A stretch of DNA of 60,930 nucleotides from Acidimicrobiia bacterium (GTDB taxonomy: Bacteria; Actinomycetota; Acidimicrobiia; Spongiisociales; JAHEDJ01): contig JARGFH010000003.1 in the NCBI GenBank assembly GCA_029210695.1, forward strand, positions 62,001 through 122,930. Direction: 5' to 3'. Each line of letters begins with the position of its first letter. Within the stretch, counting starts at the first letter, position 1. Of this stretch, positions 8,388-18,645 are shown one piece after another. The notes below the pieces were generated by a model, which was not told where the DNA came from, did not search any database, and saw only the letters and a list, made by a program, of their open reading frames with translations. Position numbers and translations under genes: made by a program.

Positions 8388-9735
8388 GCGCCGGAGGGTT
8401 CCCGGAGGGGGTTCAACTCGATGGCCAGATCAGCCGGCGGCGCAGGCGTGGCGCCTACCTCCGGCTGTCATTTCTGGCGTCGCTGATCGTTGCGGTATTC
8501 GCGCTGTTGACCTTGCTGTACCACATCGTGAACAGTGCGTTCGGTCTGGTCGCCCTCGAGAGCGAAGTGGCGCCGGCAGCTCTGGTGGAGTCGCTCGGCC
8601 TCGACTCCACCTCATCCGCTCTGGTCGACCTGTCCAAGGACGACCTCGTCACGGTGCTGCGCACCAACATCAACAACAACGTCGGTCGGAGCCTGGAACG
8701 GGACCAGCGTTTCTACGACGATCGGCTCGTGTTCGAGACGCAAGCGAAATGGGACGAATTGTGTGCCCGTGCCGTGGATCGTCCCGCGGGTTGTTCGTCC
8801 GGCGCACGGGAACGGGACAACGTATACGCGCTCATCGTCGAGCAAATCGTCCAGCCGAGAGTGCAGGAGACCTGGTTGCTCTTCGATTCGATTTTCCACC
8901 GTGCCGAGATCGAAGAGAGGGCGGCTGCGCTCTACCCCAGCGCCGACCTCATCTTCCGCTCGTGGCTCTCGGTCGATTTCGTGACAAGTCCGCAATCCCC
9001 CCAGGCAGAGATCGCCGGGGTGCGCACTGCCATCCTGGGTTCACTGTGGATCGTCGGCGTTACGATCCTCTTCTCGTTCCCGGTCGGCGTGGGCGCCGCG
9101 GTCTACCTGGAGGAGTACGCCCGGGACACCCGCCTGAATCGCCTGGTCCAGACCAACATAAACAATCTGGCCGGGGTGCCCTCGATCATCTACGGGATGC
9201 TCGGCCTGGCCATCTTCGTCCGCGTGCTCCAGGCATTCACCAGCGGCGCCGCCTTCGGCGGAGTCGACGGCGTCACCGCCAACGGCCGAACCGTTGTTTC
9301 TGCAGGGCTGACGCTGGGTTTGCTGATTCTCCCCATCATCATCATCAACGCCCAGGAGGCGATCCGGGCCGTCCCTCAGTCGTTGCGGTCGGCGGGAATG
9401 GCGCTGGGCGCTTCGCAGTGGCAGACAATCCGTGCCCACGTTCTGCCGAATGCGATCCCGGGAATTCTCACCGGCGCGATCCTGGCCGTCGCAAGGGCAT
9501 TGGGTGAAACCGCGCCACTTGTCGTCGTCGGCGCATCGACGTTCATTACTGCTGATCCGACCGGGCCATTCTCCAAATTCACCGCGCTTCCCATTCAGAT
9601 CTTCCAGTGGACGTCCCGACCTCAGGACGAGTTCCGCAATATCGCGGCCGCCGCGATCATTGTGCTTCTCGTGCTGCTGCTGCTGCTAAACGCCACTGCG
9701 ATCGTTCTCCGCAATCGCTACGCAAGGAGGGTTTG

Positions 9736-9736
<1 letters not shown>
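8384..9736 (+). CDS. pstA: Phosphate ABC transporter permease PstA with extracytoplasmic insertion
   Basis: [35 protein letters not shown] overlap with pstC. Confidence 0.95.
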
Positions 9737-10562
<826 letters not shown>

Positions 10563-10566
<4 letters not shown>

Positions 10567-11246
10567 CCCAGCCTCGCCGGCACTTCCATCAGGAACTCGA
10601 GAGGCTCGTTGAGCGACTGGTCTTCATGGCCGACCTGGCAGAGCAGGCGGTCGGGAAGGCGGTGCTGGCCCTCGTCTTGGACGACGCGGTCCTTGCCGAT
10701 CAGGTCGTCGCAGAAGACCAGGCTATCGACGACCTCTATATGGCAATCCATCAGGAGTGGTTGGAGACGATGGCGCTGCAGACGCCTGTCGCCATCGATT
10801 TGCGCTTGATGTCGGTGATCCTGCACGTCGATGTGACCCTCGAGCGCATGGGCGATCAGGCGACCAACGTGGCCAAGGTGGTTCATGCCATCGAGGGCCT
10901 GCCACGAGAGCCGATGATCCTCGAGCATGTTCGTGAGATGGGCGACCTGGTCCAGCCAATGGTCAGCACCGCCATGGACGCACTAGTCCAGCGAGACCTC
11001 AACCTCGCTCTCCGAGTGCCGGAGATGGACGAACCGGTCAACCGGCTGAATCGGAGTATGGCCCGTGAGATCGCCAACTGTGGCCGGGATCTCGACCTCC
11101 TCGAATGGGCGGTACCGATGCTGATGGTTGCCCGTGCGCTGGAGCGAGTGGGCGATCAAGCAGTCGATATCGCCGAGCAGGTTGCCTTTCTGATCACGGG
11201 CGAGTTTCAGGAGTTCACCAGGCCAGACGGCGATGATGCTCACTGA
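10563..11246 (+). CDS. phoU: Phosphate signaling complex protein PhoU
   Basis: [39 protein letters not shown] overlap with pstB. Confidence 0.92.
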
Positions 11247-11934
11247 ATCCCCCCCGCTGGTCCTCGTCGTCGAGGACGAAGAGGCGCTGGCCGATTCAAT
11301 CCGCTACAACCTCGAGCGGGAGGGCTATTCGGTCGAGATAGCGGCCGACGGCAGGACGGCAGTGCGGAGGTTCCGCGCCGCTCATCACGATCTCGTGCTT
11401 CTCGACCTGATGCTGCCCGGGATGTCGGGGTTTGACGTGTGCCGGACCCTTCGAGCCGAGTCCATCGTCCCGATCATCATCGTCACGGCGAAGGACAGCG
11501 AAGCCGACGCCGTCGCAGGGCTCGAGATCGGCGCGGATGACTACGTGAAGAAGCCGTTCTCGATGCGCGAGCTGCTTAGCCGAGTGCGCGCCAATCTGCG
11601 CCGAGCGTCGCTCGGAGTGTCGGCCGACGCGGAGGTTCTGGAGAGCGCATCACTCAGACTCGACATCGATCGCCACGAGCTCGAGGTCAGGGGCCTGCCT
11701 GTTGAACTTCGTCCGAAGGAGTTCGATCTTCTGGAGGCATTGCTACGTCGAAATGGGCGCCTCGCCACACGGCAAGCCCTCATCGAAGACGTATGGGGGC
11801 CCGGGTATTTCGGGGACACGAAGACTCTGGACGTGCACGTAAAGCGCTTGCGCCACAAGATCGAGACCGATCCCAATTCTCCGGCCCTGATCCTGACGGT
11901 GCGCGGTCTCGGCTACAAGCTGCTCGATGACTGA
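11233..11934 (+). CDS. regX3: OmpR-family response regulator (RegX3/PhoP-like)
   Basis: VVEDE, LLDLMLP, GADDYVKKPF, GYFGDTKTLDVHVKRLR typical of RegX3; in the pst operon. Confidence 0.85.
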   Translation: MMLTESPPLVLVVEDEEALADSIRYNLEREGYSVEIAADGRTAVRRFRAAHHDLVLLDLMLPGMSGFDVCRTLRAESIVPIIIVTAKDSEADAVAGLEIGADDYVKKPFSMRELLSRVRANLRRASLGVSADAEVLESASLRLDIDRHELEVRGLPVELRPKEFDLLEALLRRNGRLATRQALIEDVWGPGYFGDTKTLDVHVKRLRHKIETDPNSPALILTVRGLGYKLLDD

Positions 11935-13657
11935 ATCGCCCACCCGAATCAGGCGCGGGCACCGGCCGACACTCGCCCGCCGTCTGCTCGTTTGGTATGC
12001 CCTCGCAGTCGTCGTCCTCCTGCTCGTCCTCGGCGTCGTTATCAACGAACGGACGGGAGATCTCCTGATTGAAGAACTCACCAACTTGCTAAAGGAAGAG
12101 GCGGAAGTGGTGCGGTTCTCGTTGGAACAGTCGCCATCCATCCGGGAGGACACCGTTGCGCTCGGTGACAGAATCGAGACGCGTATCACCGTAATCGCAG
12201 CCGACGGAACGGTGCTCGCAGACTCGCGCTCGGACCCGGCCGAGATGGAGAATCACGGGACACGCCCCGAAGTGATAGCCGCCCTGGCAGGGGAACTGGG
12301 GGTCGATTCGCGTCTCAGCGAAACGGTCGGTGTCTCGTTTCGATATGTTGCGCTCCCGGTGGCGGACGGACTGATCTACAGGCTGTCGGTTCCGTTGACC
12401 GAGGTCGAGGAGTCATTGAGCCGGCTTCGCTTTTCGATCGTTGGGAGCGCCCTCCTCATGAGTTTGATCGGGGTGGCCACGGTGTGGCTGGTGGCGGCCA
12501 GGATTTCCCGCCCGCTCGGTGAGATCACCGACGCCGTCTCCCAGATTGCGGATGGCGACGCGTCCGGGCGTCTGCCGGCGCCGCGCCTCGCCGAGTCGGC
12601 GCGATTGGCTCAGTCTGTCGAACGGATGGCCGGTGAGCTCCAGCGGAAGGTCGCCGACGCTGAGGATGCCCGCAGCCTGCGGGATGACGTCCTGTCTGCA
12701 TTGCCGGAAGCGCTGGTCCTGATCGACGCCGGTGGATCGGTTGTCTACGCCAACCAGCCGGCCAAGGCGCTGTTCGGAGCACCGGCCGGTGTGAGCGGGC
12801 TGGCGCCCTCGTCGGCGAAGCGAGCCGCAGAAAGCGCCCTGGCAACTGCCCGGACGCAACAAGATGAGTTCACTGCAGGTGTGCCGCCCCAGGTTTATGC
12901 CGTCACGGTTCTCCCGCTCGAGAAGGGTCGAATGGTCTTGTTGGTCGCCCGGGACATGACGGAGTCCAAACGGGTGGAGTCCATGCGGCGGGATTTCGTG
13001 GCCGACGCGTCGCATGAGCTGAAGACGCCGGTCGCGGCCATTCGGGCTGGTGCCGAAACGATTCTCCGTGCGGTCGACGACGACCCGGCGGCGGTGACGC
13101 GGTTCGCCGAACAGATCGACCGGATTGCCATCCGGCTCGGCCGCCTGGTTTCCGATTTGCTCGATCTCTCGCGACTAGAGGGTGAGCTGCCGATCGTCGA
13201 GCTAGTCCGGCTCGACCGGTTGATCGAGGATGAGGTCGCGGCGATTCGATCGGATGCTGATAGACGCCAGATCGAGCTGATCCTGCGCCTCGATGGAGTC
13301 GAAGCGTTGGCCAACGCCGACGACCTGCGGCTCGGCTTCAGGAACCTGCTCGATAATGCCCTTCGTTACACGCCTGCGGGTGGAACAGTGAGGATTGCGG
13401 CCCGCCGGGAGGGTGGAGAGGCGGTGCTCGAGGTGAGAGACTCCGGAATCGGGATTCCCAGCCGGGATTTGCCCCGTATCTTCGAGAGGTTCTACCGGGT
13501 GGATGCGGCCCGCTCGCGAGAAACTGGGGGTACCGGTCTGGGGTTGGCAATCGTCAAGCATGTCACCGAGCGGCACGGTGGTTCGGTTGAGGTTGCGAGT
13601 GAACTGGGGCGGGGGTCGACGTTCACCATCCGGCTTCCACTGCCCGATTTGGCGTAG
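11927..13657 (+). CDS. Sensor histidine kinase (SenX3/PhoR-like; HAMP, PAS, HisKA, HATPase)
   Basis: FVADASHELKTP H-box, NLLDNA, DSGIG, IFERFYRVD, GGTGLGL; two TM helices. Confidence 0.92.
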   Translation: MTESPTRIRRGHRPTLARRLLVWYALAVVVLLLVLGVVINERTGDLLIEELTNLLKEEAEVVRFSLEQSPSIREDTVALGDRIETRITVIAADGTVLADSRSDPAEMENHGTRPEVIAALAGELGVDSRLSETVGVSFRYVALPVADGLIYRLSVPLTEVEESLSRLRFSIVGSALLMSLIGVATVWLVAARISRPLGEITDAVSQIADGDASGRLPAPRLAESARLAQSVERMAGELQRKVADAEDARSLRDDVLSALPEALVLIDAGGSVVYANQPAKALFGAPAGVSGLAPSSAKRAAESALATARTQQDEFTAGVPPQVYAVTVLPLEKGRMVLLVARDMTESKRVESMRRDFVADASHELKTPVAAIRAGAETILRAVDDDPAAVTRFAEQIDRIAIRLGRLVSDLLDLSRLEGELPIVELVRLDRLIEDEVAAIRSDADRRQIELILRLDGVEALANADDLRLGFRNLLDNALRYTPAGGTVRIAARREGGEAVLEVRDSGIGIPSRDLPRIFERFYRVDAARSRETGGTGLGLAIVKHVTERHGGSVEVASELGRGSTFTIRLPLPDLA

Positions 13658-13759
13658 ATGGGGTGCCGGGTGTGGTGTGGTGCAAGGTGCAATGTGGGCC
13701 GATTGTCGCAAAGCGAAACGGGTATTCTCGGGTTTCGCGGTGCCCGGTGGGTATGGGGG

Positions 13760-13811
13760 GAGTTTCGCAAAGCGAAACTCGAATTTGCCGGGCACGAAGT
13801 GCCCGGCAAAC
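13760..13811. repeat. Double-hairpin element (family C), copy between convergent kinase and PhoU-like genes; probable terminator
   Basis: GAGTTTCGC-AAA-GCGAAACTC-GAA-TTTGCCGGGCAC-GAA-GTGCCCGGCAAA-C. Confidence 0.7.
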
Positions 13812-13814
13812 GGC

Positions 13815-14489
13815 TTACCAACGATCAGCCTTGTCTTCGTCGTAGTAGTCGAGGCGGTCGAGCGGCATCACCAGGGAGGTGAGCACGTTCATCGAGTGGG
13901 CGGTGATCCGTTTGAAGTAGCGGTAGAGCAATGCCAGCGGAACGGCTTCGCTCGCCGGTGCCGCCGATTGGATCTGTTCGAGGACGAGGTCGTCGTACTC
14001 GCTGAGGTGTTCATCTTCAGTCTGTAGTATCTCGTGTGCGGCTTCGGCGTCACGCTCGCCGAAGATTCGGGCCGTTTCGGCGATGAGTCGCGATATTCGA
14101 TCCCGGTTCGTCAGGAGCTGGTCCCGGAGATCACTCGACGATAGATCCACTCCTGCATTCGCCAGGTCGAAGATGTTTTTTGCATAGTCGCCGATCCGCT
14201 CGGCGTCCTTCACGATGCTCATCGAAACCAGCACCATCGGGATGTCGGCAGATGCTCCCCGGACGCTGGTGTGCACGATGAGTTCCCGCCGCACCTCGCG
14301 CTGTGCCTTGTTGACCCGGCGATCCGTCTTCTTGATGTCTTTCTTGACGAGTTCCGGTTCGGTACCCCCGAGGAGCGCGTTGATGGCCGCGTCGAAGGTG
14401 TGACGGCAATCGACCAGCATCTGTTGAATCGTTTGCTCGATCTGCTCGAGTTCCTTGTCGGCTCCGCCTCGAAAGAATTCCATCACCAT
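13815..14489 (-). CDS. PhoU-domain protein
   Basis: Start MVMEFF after AGGAGAG; D..VN..QREVRR, VKDAERIGDYAKNI, RYFKRI.AH PhoU repeats. Confidence 0.85.
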   Translation of the reverse strand: MVMEFFRGGADKELEQIEQTIQQMLVDCRHTFDAAINALLGGTEPELVKKDIKKTDRRVNKAQREVRRELIVHTSVRGASADIPMVLVSMSIVKDAERIGDYAKNIFDLANAGVDLSSSDLRDQLLTNRDRISRLIAETARIFGERDAEAAHEILQTEDEHLSEYDDLVLEQIQSAAPASEAVPLALLYRYFKRITAHSMNVLTSLVMPLDRLDYYDEDKADRW

Positions 14490-14500
14490 GATTGCTCTCC

Positions 14501-15646
14501 TCAGTTCAATATAAGTATGCCGATGATCGGCAGCAGGATGAAGACGCCTATTACGTAGGCCAGCACCGCCGACTTCCTGACCTCCGCAACGTCTGCCAGC
14601 TTCCGAGCGAGGATCAGCGGGATCCGACGTATCGCCGGGATCGGGTAGAAGACAAGAATGCCGGAGACGTTGAAGAGCGTGTGGGTGAGTGCGATGACCA
14701 GCGCGGCTGGCGACTCTGCCGCCAGGGAGGCGAGCAGCGCGGTGACTGTGGTGCCGACGTTGGCGCCGAGCGTGACGGGGAATCCGTTCTCGAGGGTCAG
14801 GACTCCGGCGGCGATCATCGGTACGAGGACTGACGTGGTGATGGATGACGACTGTACGGCGACGGTCATCAGCAACCCGATGGCGATGGCGGCTATGCCA
14901 CCGCCCCGCGAGAGCACCGCGTTCATCGATCGCTCGATCCGCCCTGCCATGACCAACCGCATGTTCACGGTGATGTAGGCGAGGGCCAGGAAGATCAGAG
15001 CAAGCCCGAGAACGAGGAGCGCGAAGCCCATCGCCGTTTCGTTCTCGGTGAATCGTTCGACGATTGACTCGAACCACGAAACGGGTGCCTTCACCGCCGA
15101 CTTGATCGGACTGTCGGGGTTCTCGAACTGAAGGGAGGTGTTGGCCCCGAGGAGGTCGGCCAGCCACTCAGCGCTCTTCGAAAGGAACTTGGTGGCGAGT
15201 TCGAGGGGAAGGAACAGGGCCACGGCAAGGATGTTGAAGAAGTCGTGCATGGTGGCACCGGCGAAGGCGCGCTTGAACTCCGTGCTGCGCCGGAGGAAGC
15301 CGAGTGAGGCAAGCGTGTTCGTAACCGTCGTGCCGATATTGGCCCCCATGATCATCGGCACGGCGAAGGGCACGGACAGCGTTCCTGCGCCGACCAGGCC
15401 CACGATCGTCGCCGTTGAGACCGAGGAAGATTGCACCAGCACCGTGGCGAGGATCCCGACGAACAGTCCGGCGATCGGGTTGGAGACATTCGCGAACAGG
15501 CTGTCGGTGAAGTCTGAGCCGAATGACTTGATACCAGATTCGAGCGCCTTGACCCCCACCAAGAAGAGGTAGAGGAGGAAGAAGACAAGGATGAGACGTA
15601 CCCAGGTCGGAAGGTCCCGTTTGGCGCTCTGCTCTTCGGTCTCCAT
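14501..15646 (-). CDS. Na+/phosphate symporter (NptA/SLC34-like)
   Basis: Duplicated VQSSS and GAN(I/V)GTTVT motifs; multiple TM helices. Confidence 0.92.
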   Translation of the reverse strand: METEEQSAKRDLPTWVRLILVFFLLYLFLVGVKALESGIKSFGSDFTDSLFANVSNPIAGLFVGILATVLVQSSSVSTATIVGLVGAGTLSVPFAVPMIMGANIGTTVTNTLASLGFLRRSTEFKRAFAGATMHDFFNILAVALFLPLELATKFLSKSAEWLADLLGANTSLQFENPDSPIKSAVKAPVSWFESIVERFTENETAMGFALLVLGLALIFLALAYITVNMRLVMAGRIERSMNAVLSRGGGIAAIAIGLLMTVAVQSSSITTSVLVPMIAAGVLTLENGFPVTLGANVGTTVTALLASLAAESPAALVIALTHTLFNVSGILVFYPIPAIRRIPLILARKLADVAEVRKSAVLAYVIGVFILLPIIGILILN

Positions 15647-15735
15647 CGTGCCGTGCCTCCGGGTGGAGTTGGGTTGTCCCTCGTGGCGGGAAGGAGACTA
15701 GTGCCTGAGACGAGGTCGAGATCCGGCTGAAGCCG

Positions 15736-15966
15736 CTATCCCGGCGGCATGTATGGGTCGACTTGGTCGTCCTCTTCCTGGTCGGGCACTATCGGGGGAA
15801 CCTGGCCCATGCCGTGTGTGCCGCCGCCGGGAATCCACCAGACTCGCTTGGCGCCTTTGGCATGTCCATAGTCACCCCGGAGCACACTGACGGCGTAGCG
15901 GATGAACCAGATGATTATGAAGAGAGCGACCGCACCGAACACCCAGGTGAGCACGGTGTCGAGCAT
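15736..15966 (-). CDS. Small hypothetical membrane protein
   Basis: One TM helix; start overlaps the stop of the upstream ATPase gene (TAATG). Confidence 0.55.
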   Translation of the reverse strand: MLDTVLTWVFGAVALFIIIWFIRYAVSVLRGDYGHAKGAKRVWWIPGGGTHGMGQVPPIVPDQEEDDQVDPYMPPG

Positions 15967-16712
15967 TAGTAGTGCTGTACCGCTTCGAGGAACTTCCGAG
16001 TGCGTTCGTGCTGGGGCGCCTCGATCACCTGGGCAGGGGGGCCGTCCTCAACGATGACCCCTCCGTCGATGAAGGCGACTCGATCTGCGACCTGGCGGGC
16101 GAATCCCATTTCGTGGGTCACGACCATCATGGTCATTCCCTCGGATGCCAAACCGCGCATGACGTCGAGCACCTCGCCGACCAGCTCTGGATCGAGTGCG
16201 GAGGTGGGTTCGTCGAACAACATCAGGTCAGGGTTCATGCACAGCGATCGGGCGATCGCCACCCGTTGTTGCTGGCCGCCGGACAGACGGATCGGGTACT
16301 CGTCTGCCTTGTCCGTGAGACCGACGCGCTCCAGCATCTTGTTGGCGACCTCGTTCGCCTCGTCATCGGAGCGTTTCAGTACACGTTTCTGAGCAATCGT
16401 GAGGTTGCCGAGGACCGTGAGATGCGGGAAGAGATTGAAGCGCTGAAACACCATCCCGATCCGGGTTCGGACGGCGTCGACGTCGGTCTCGAAGTCGGTG
16501 ATATCGATGCCTTCGACGAAGATCTTGCCGGCGGTGGGCACCTCGAGGAGATTGACACAGCGGAGTATCGTCGACTTCCCAGAGCCGGACGGTCCGATCA
16601 CACAAACGACCTCACCGGCCGCCACCTCGAAATCGATGCCTTTGAGCACCTCCAGCTTCCCGAAGGACTTGTGGAGACCGACAATCTTGATGGGAGGGAC
16701 GTTGGGGTTCAT
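15966..16712 (-). CDS. Polar amino acid ABC transporter ATP-binding protein (GlnQ-like)
   Basis: [44 protein letters not shown]. Confidence 0.95.
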   Translation of the reverse strand: MNPNVPPIKIVGLHKSFGKLEVLKGIDFEVAAGEVVCVIGPSGSGKSTILRCVNLLEVPTAGKIFVEGIDITDFETDVDAVRTRIGMVFQRFNLFPHLTVLGNLTIAQKRVLKRSDDEANEVANKMLERVGLTDKADEYPIRLSGGQQQRVAIARSLCMNPDLMLFDEPTSALDPELVGEVLDVMRGLASEGMTMMVVTHEMGFARQVADRVAFIDGGVIVEDGPPAQVIEAPQHERTRKFLEAVQHY

Positions 16713-16716
16713 CGGT

Positions 16717-17505
16717 TCACCTCGCCTTGGCGGCCTTGCGCTCGAGCACCGCGACTAGTTGCGTGAGCGGCAGTGTGATCGCCAGGTACACGATTGCGAT
16801 CACCGTGAGCGGCGTGCCGTTGAACTTCTGGTTCATGAGGTCGCGTCCGAACTTCGTGAGTTCCTTCGAGACCGGCGTGGTGCCGAGCACGAAGAACAAG
16901 GAGGTGTCTTTGATCAGGAGCACGAGTTCGTTCGTGAGGGGCGGGATGATGATCCGAAATGCCTGGGGAAGGATGATGCGGCTCATCGCCTGCCCGGAAC
17001 TCATTCCGAGCGACCGGGCCGCCTCCATCTGGCCGCGCGGCACAGCTTGAATCCCCGCTCGGATCGTCTCGGCCATATAGGCGGCGGCCACGATTCCCAA
17101 GCCAACGGCACCCTTTCCGAGCGTGCCGCCTGGTACTTCGAATCCATCGAACGCAATGGGTAGTGCGAAGGCAACGAAGATGAGGGTGACGAGGGCCGGA
17201 AGGCCACGGAACAACTCTATGTAGGCGGTAGCGATCCACTTGTAGGGCCGGATCGGCGACATCTTCATGAGCGCCAGAATCAGCGCCATGACCAGACCCA
17301 GCGAGAACGCCAGCAACGTATAGAGCAGGGTGTTCTTGGCGGCGATCGTGATGACTTCCGGCAACATGTCGGCCGCCACGTCGACGTCGGCGAATGAGCG
17401 CTGCAGTGTCGCCCAGTCTGCGAAGAGCAGGACCACAATGGCCATGATCACGAGGACCGAGTAGAGGGTCGCCCGGCTGATCAGGAGTTTGGTTCTCTTT
17501 GTCAC
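16717..17505 (-). CDS. Polar amino acid ABC transporter permease
   Basis: [47 protein letters not shown] start after GGGAGG. Confidence 0.92.
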   Translation of the reverse strand: MTKRTKLLISRATLYSVLVIMAIVVLLFADWATLQRSFADVDVAADMLPEVITIAAKNTLLYTLLAFSLGLVMALILALMKMSPIRPYKWIATAYIELFRGLPALVTLIFVAFALPIAFDGFEVPGGTLGKGAVGLGIVAAAYMAETIRAGIQAVPRGQMEAARSLGMSSGQAMSRIILPQAFRIIIPPLTNELVLLIKDTSLFFVLGTTPVSKELTKFGRDLMNQKFNGTPLTVIAIVYLAITLPLTQLVAVLERKAAKAR

Positions 17506-17520
17506 GCTGCCCTCCCGACG

Positions 17521-17661
17521 CGCTGAGGGGGACCCTAGTGGTCCGTCGCGGATTTGGTGACTTGGTCTCCTGCCGGACGATCCCCGCTGTGGCAGGGTTC
17601 GTGGCACTGCCTACCCCGGTCATCAAATAGCAGACAGACCACTAGCGGGTCCCCCTCAGCG
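17521..17661. other. About 140-nt long-stem structured intergenic element
   Basis: CGCTGAGGGGGACCC-TAGTGGTC (17521-17543) pairs with GACCACTA-GC-GGGTCCCCCTCAGCG (17637-17661). Pairing continues inward (ATTTGGTGAC/GTCATCAAAT) and there is an inner CCTGCC/GGCAGG stem. Confidence 0.6.
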
Positions 17662-17686
17662 AGGTCTGTGGATCGGCGAGTTTTGT

Positions 17687-18466
17687 TTACGCGCCGAAAT
17701 ACTTGTCGAAGATGTCCTGGTAGGTGCCGTTGTCGCGCAGGGTCTGGATGGCCTCGTTGACTGCGGTCAACAGGGCTTCCTTACCTTCCTCCTGCGTGGC
17801 GAATCCGTAGTTCTCGCCCGTCGAGTAGGTGTCGACGACCTCAACGGTTTCGTCCTTCTGTGCACGGTCAGCGTTGACCGGCAGATCCTGGAGGATGCCG
17901 TCGACGTTGCCGGACTCGAGTGCCACGAACAACTCGCCGCCGTTTTCGAAGGAGAGCAGGGCGACGCCATCGGGGGCATTGTCCTGGGCGTATGCCTCAC
18001 CGGTTGTGCCGGATTGGACACCAAGGCTCTTACCGACGAGGTCGTCGAGGGTTGCGTAACCCGAGTCCTTCTTGACGAGCAGCGACTGTGCCGCGTCGAA
18101 GTATGGATCCGAGAAGTCGATGTTCGCCTCGCGCTCTTCGGTGATGGTGATGGCGGATGCTGCGATGTCACACTGATTGGCAGCCATGGCGCTGCCGGAC
18201 GTGATGGCGTCGAAGCCCGTGCCGAGGAACTCCAGCGATAGGCCCAACTCGTCGGCGATCGCTTGCATCAGGTCGACGTCGAACCCGGTGTATTCGCCGT
18301 CGACTTCGTACTCAAAAGGCTCGTAGGGGATCTCAGAGCACACAGTCAATGTGTCGGCTGCTACAAGGCCGAATTCGCTGGTGTCTGCTTCGCTGCCGCC
18401 GCATGCCGCTCCGACCAGCGAGAACGCCAGCAACAGCACGAAGATCGTAGTCCATTTGCTTCTCAC
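17687..18466 (-). CDS. Polar amino acid ABC transporter substrate-binding lipoprotein (family 3)
   Basis: Lipobox GAAC; PYEPFE, GFDVDL, AITITEER, FSDPYF, VQSGTTG. Confidence 0.92.
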   Translation of the reverse strand: MRSKWTTIFVLLLAFSLVGAACGGSEADTSEFGLVAADTLTVCSEIPYEPFEYEVDGEYTGFDVDLMQAIADELGLSLEFLGTGFDAITSGSAMAANQCDIAASAITITEEREANIDFSDPYFDAAQSLLVKKDSGYATLDDLVGKSLGVQSGTTGEAYAQDNAPDGVALLSFENGGELFVALESGNVDGILQDLPVNADRAQKDETVEVVDTYSTGENYGFATQEEGKEALLTAVNEAIQTLRDNGTYQDIFDKYFGA

Positions 18467-18645
18467 GGTGTCTTCCTCCCATTGGGAACGAGGAGTCTGC
18501 TCTCCCCGTATCTGGAACTCTAGGTCGTGCAATCGAAAGGTGCAGATCGTGAAGAGGTACCCCGTACCGGGTATCGGCTATTGGGACTTCAGATGTATCC
18601 AAAATGACCGAGAAACGATGTCCCGGTACCCAGTACTTCTCTGGG

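Noticed and set aside
15660..15735. PHO box upstream of the Na/Pi symporter
   Set aside because: Only weak TCA-containing matches on the minus strand; too degenerate to call.
17521..17661. Assignment to 6S, SRP or a known riboswitch
   Set aside because: No diagnostic motif recognised by eye; an Rfam scan is needed.
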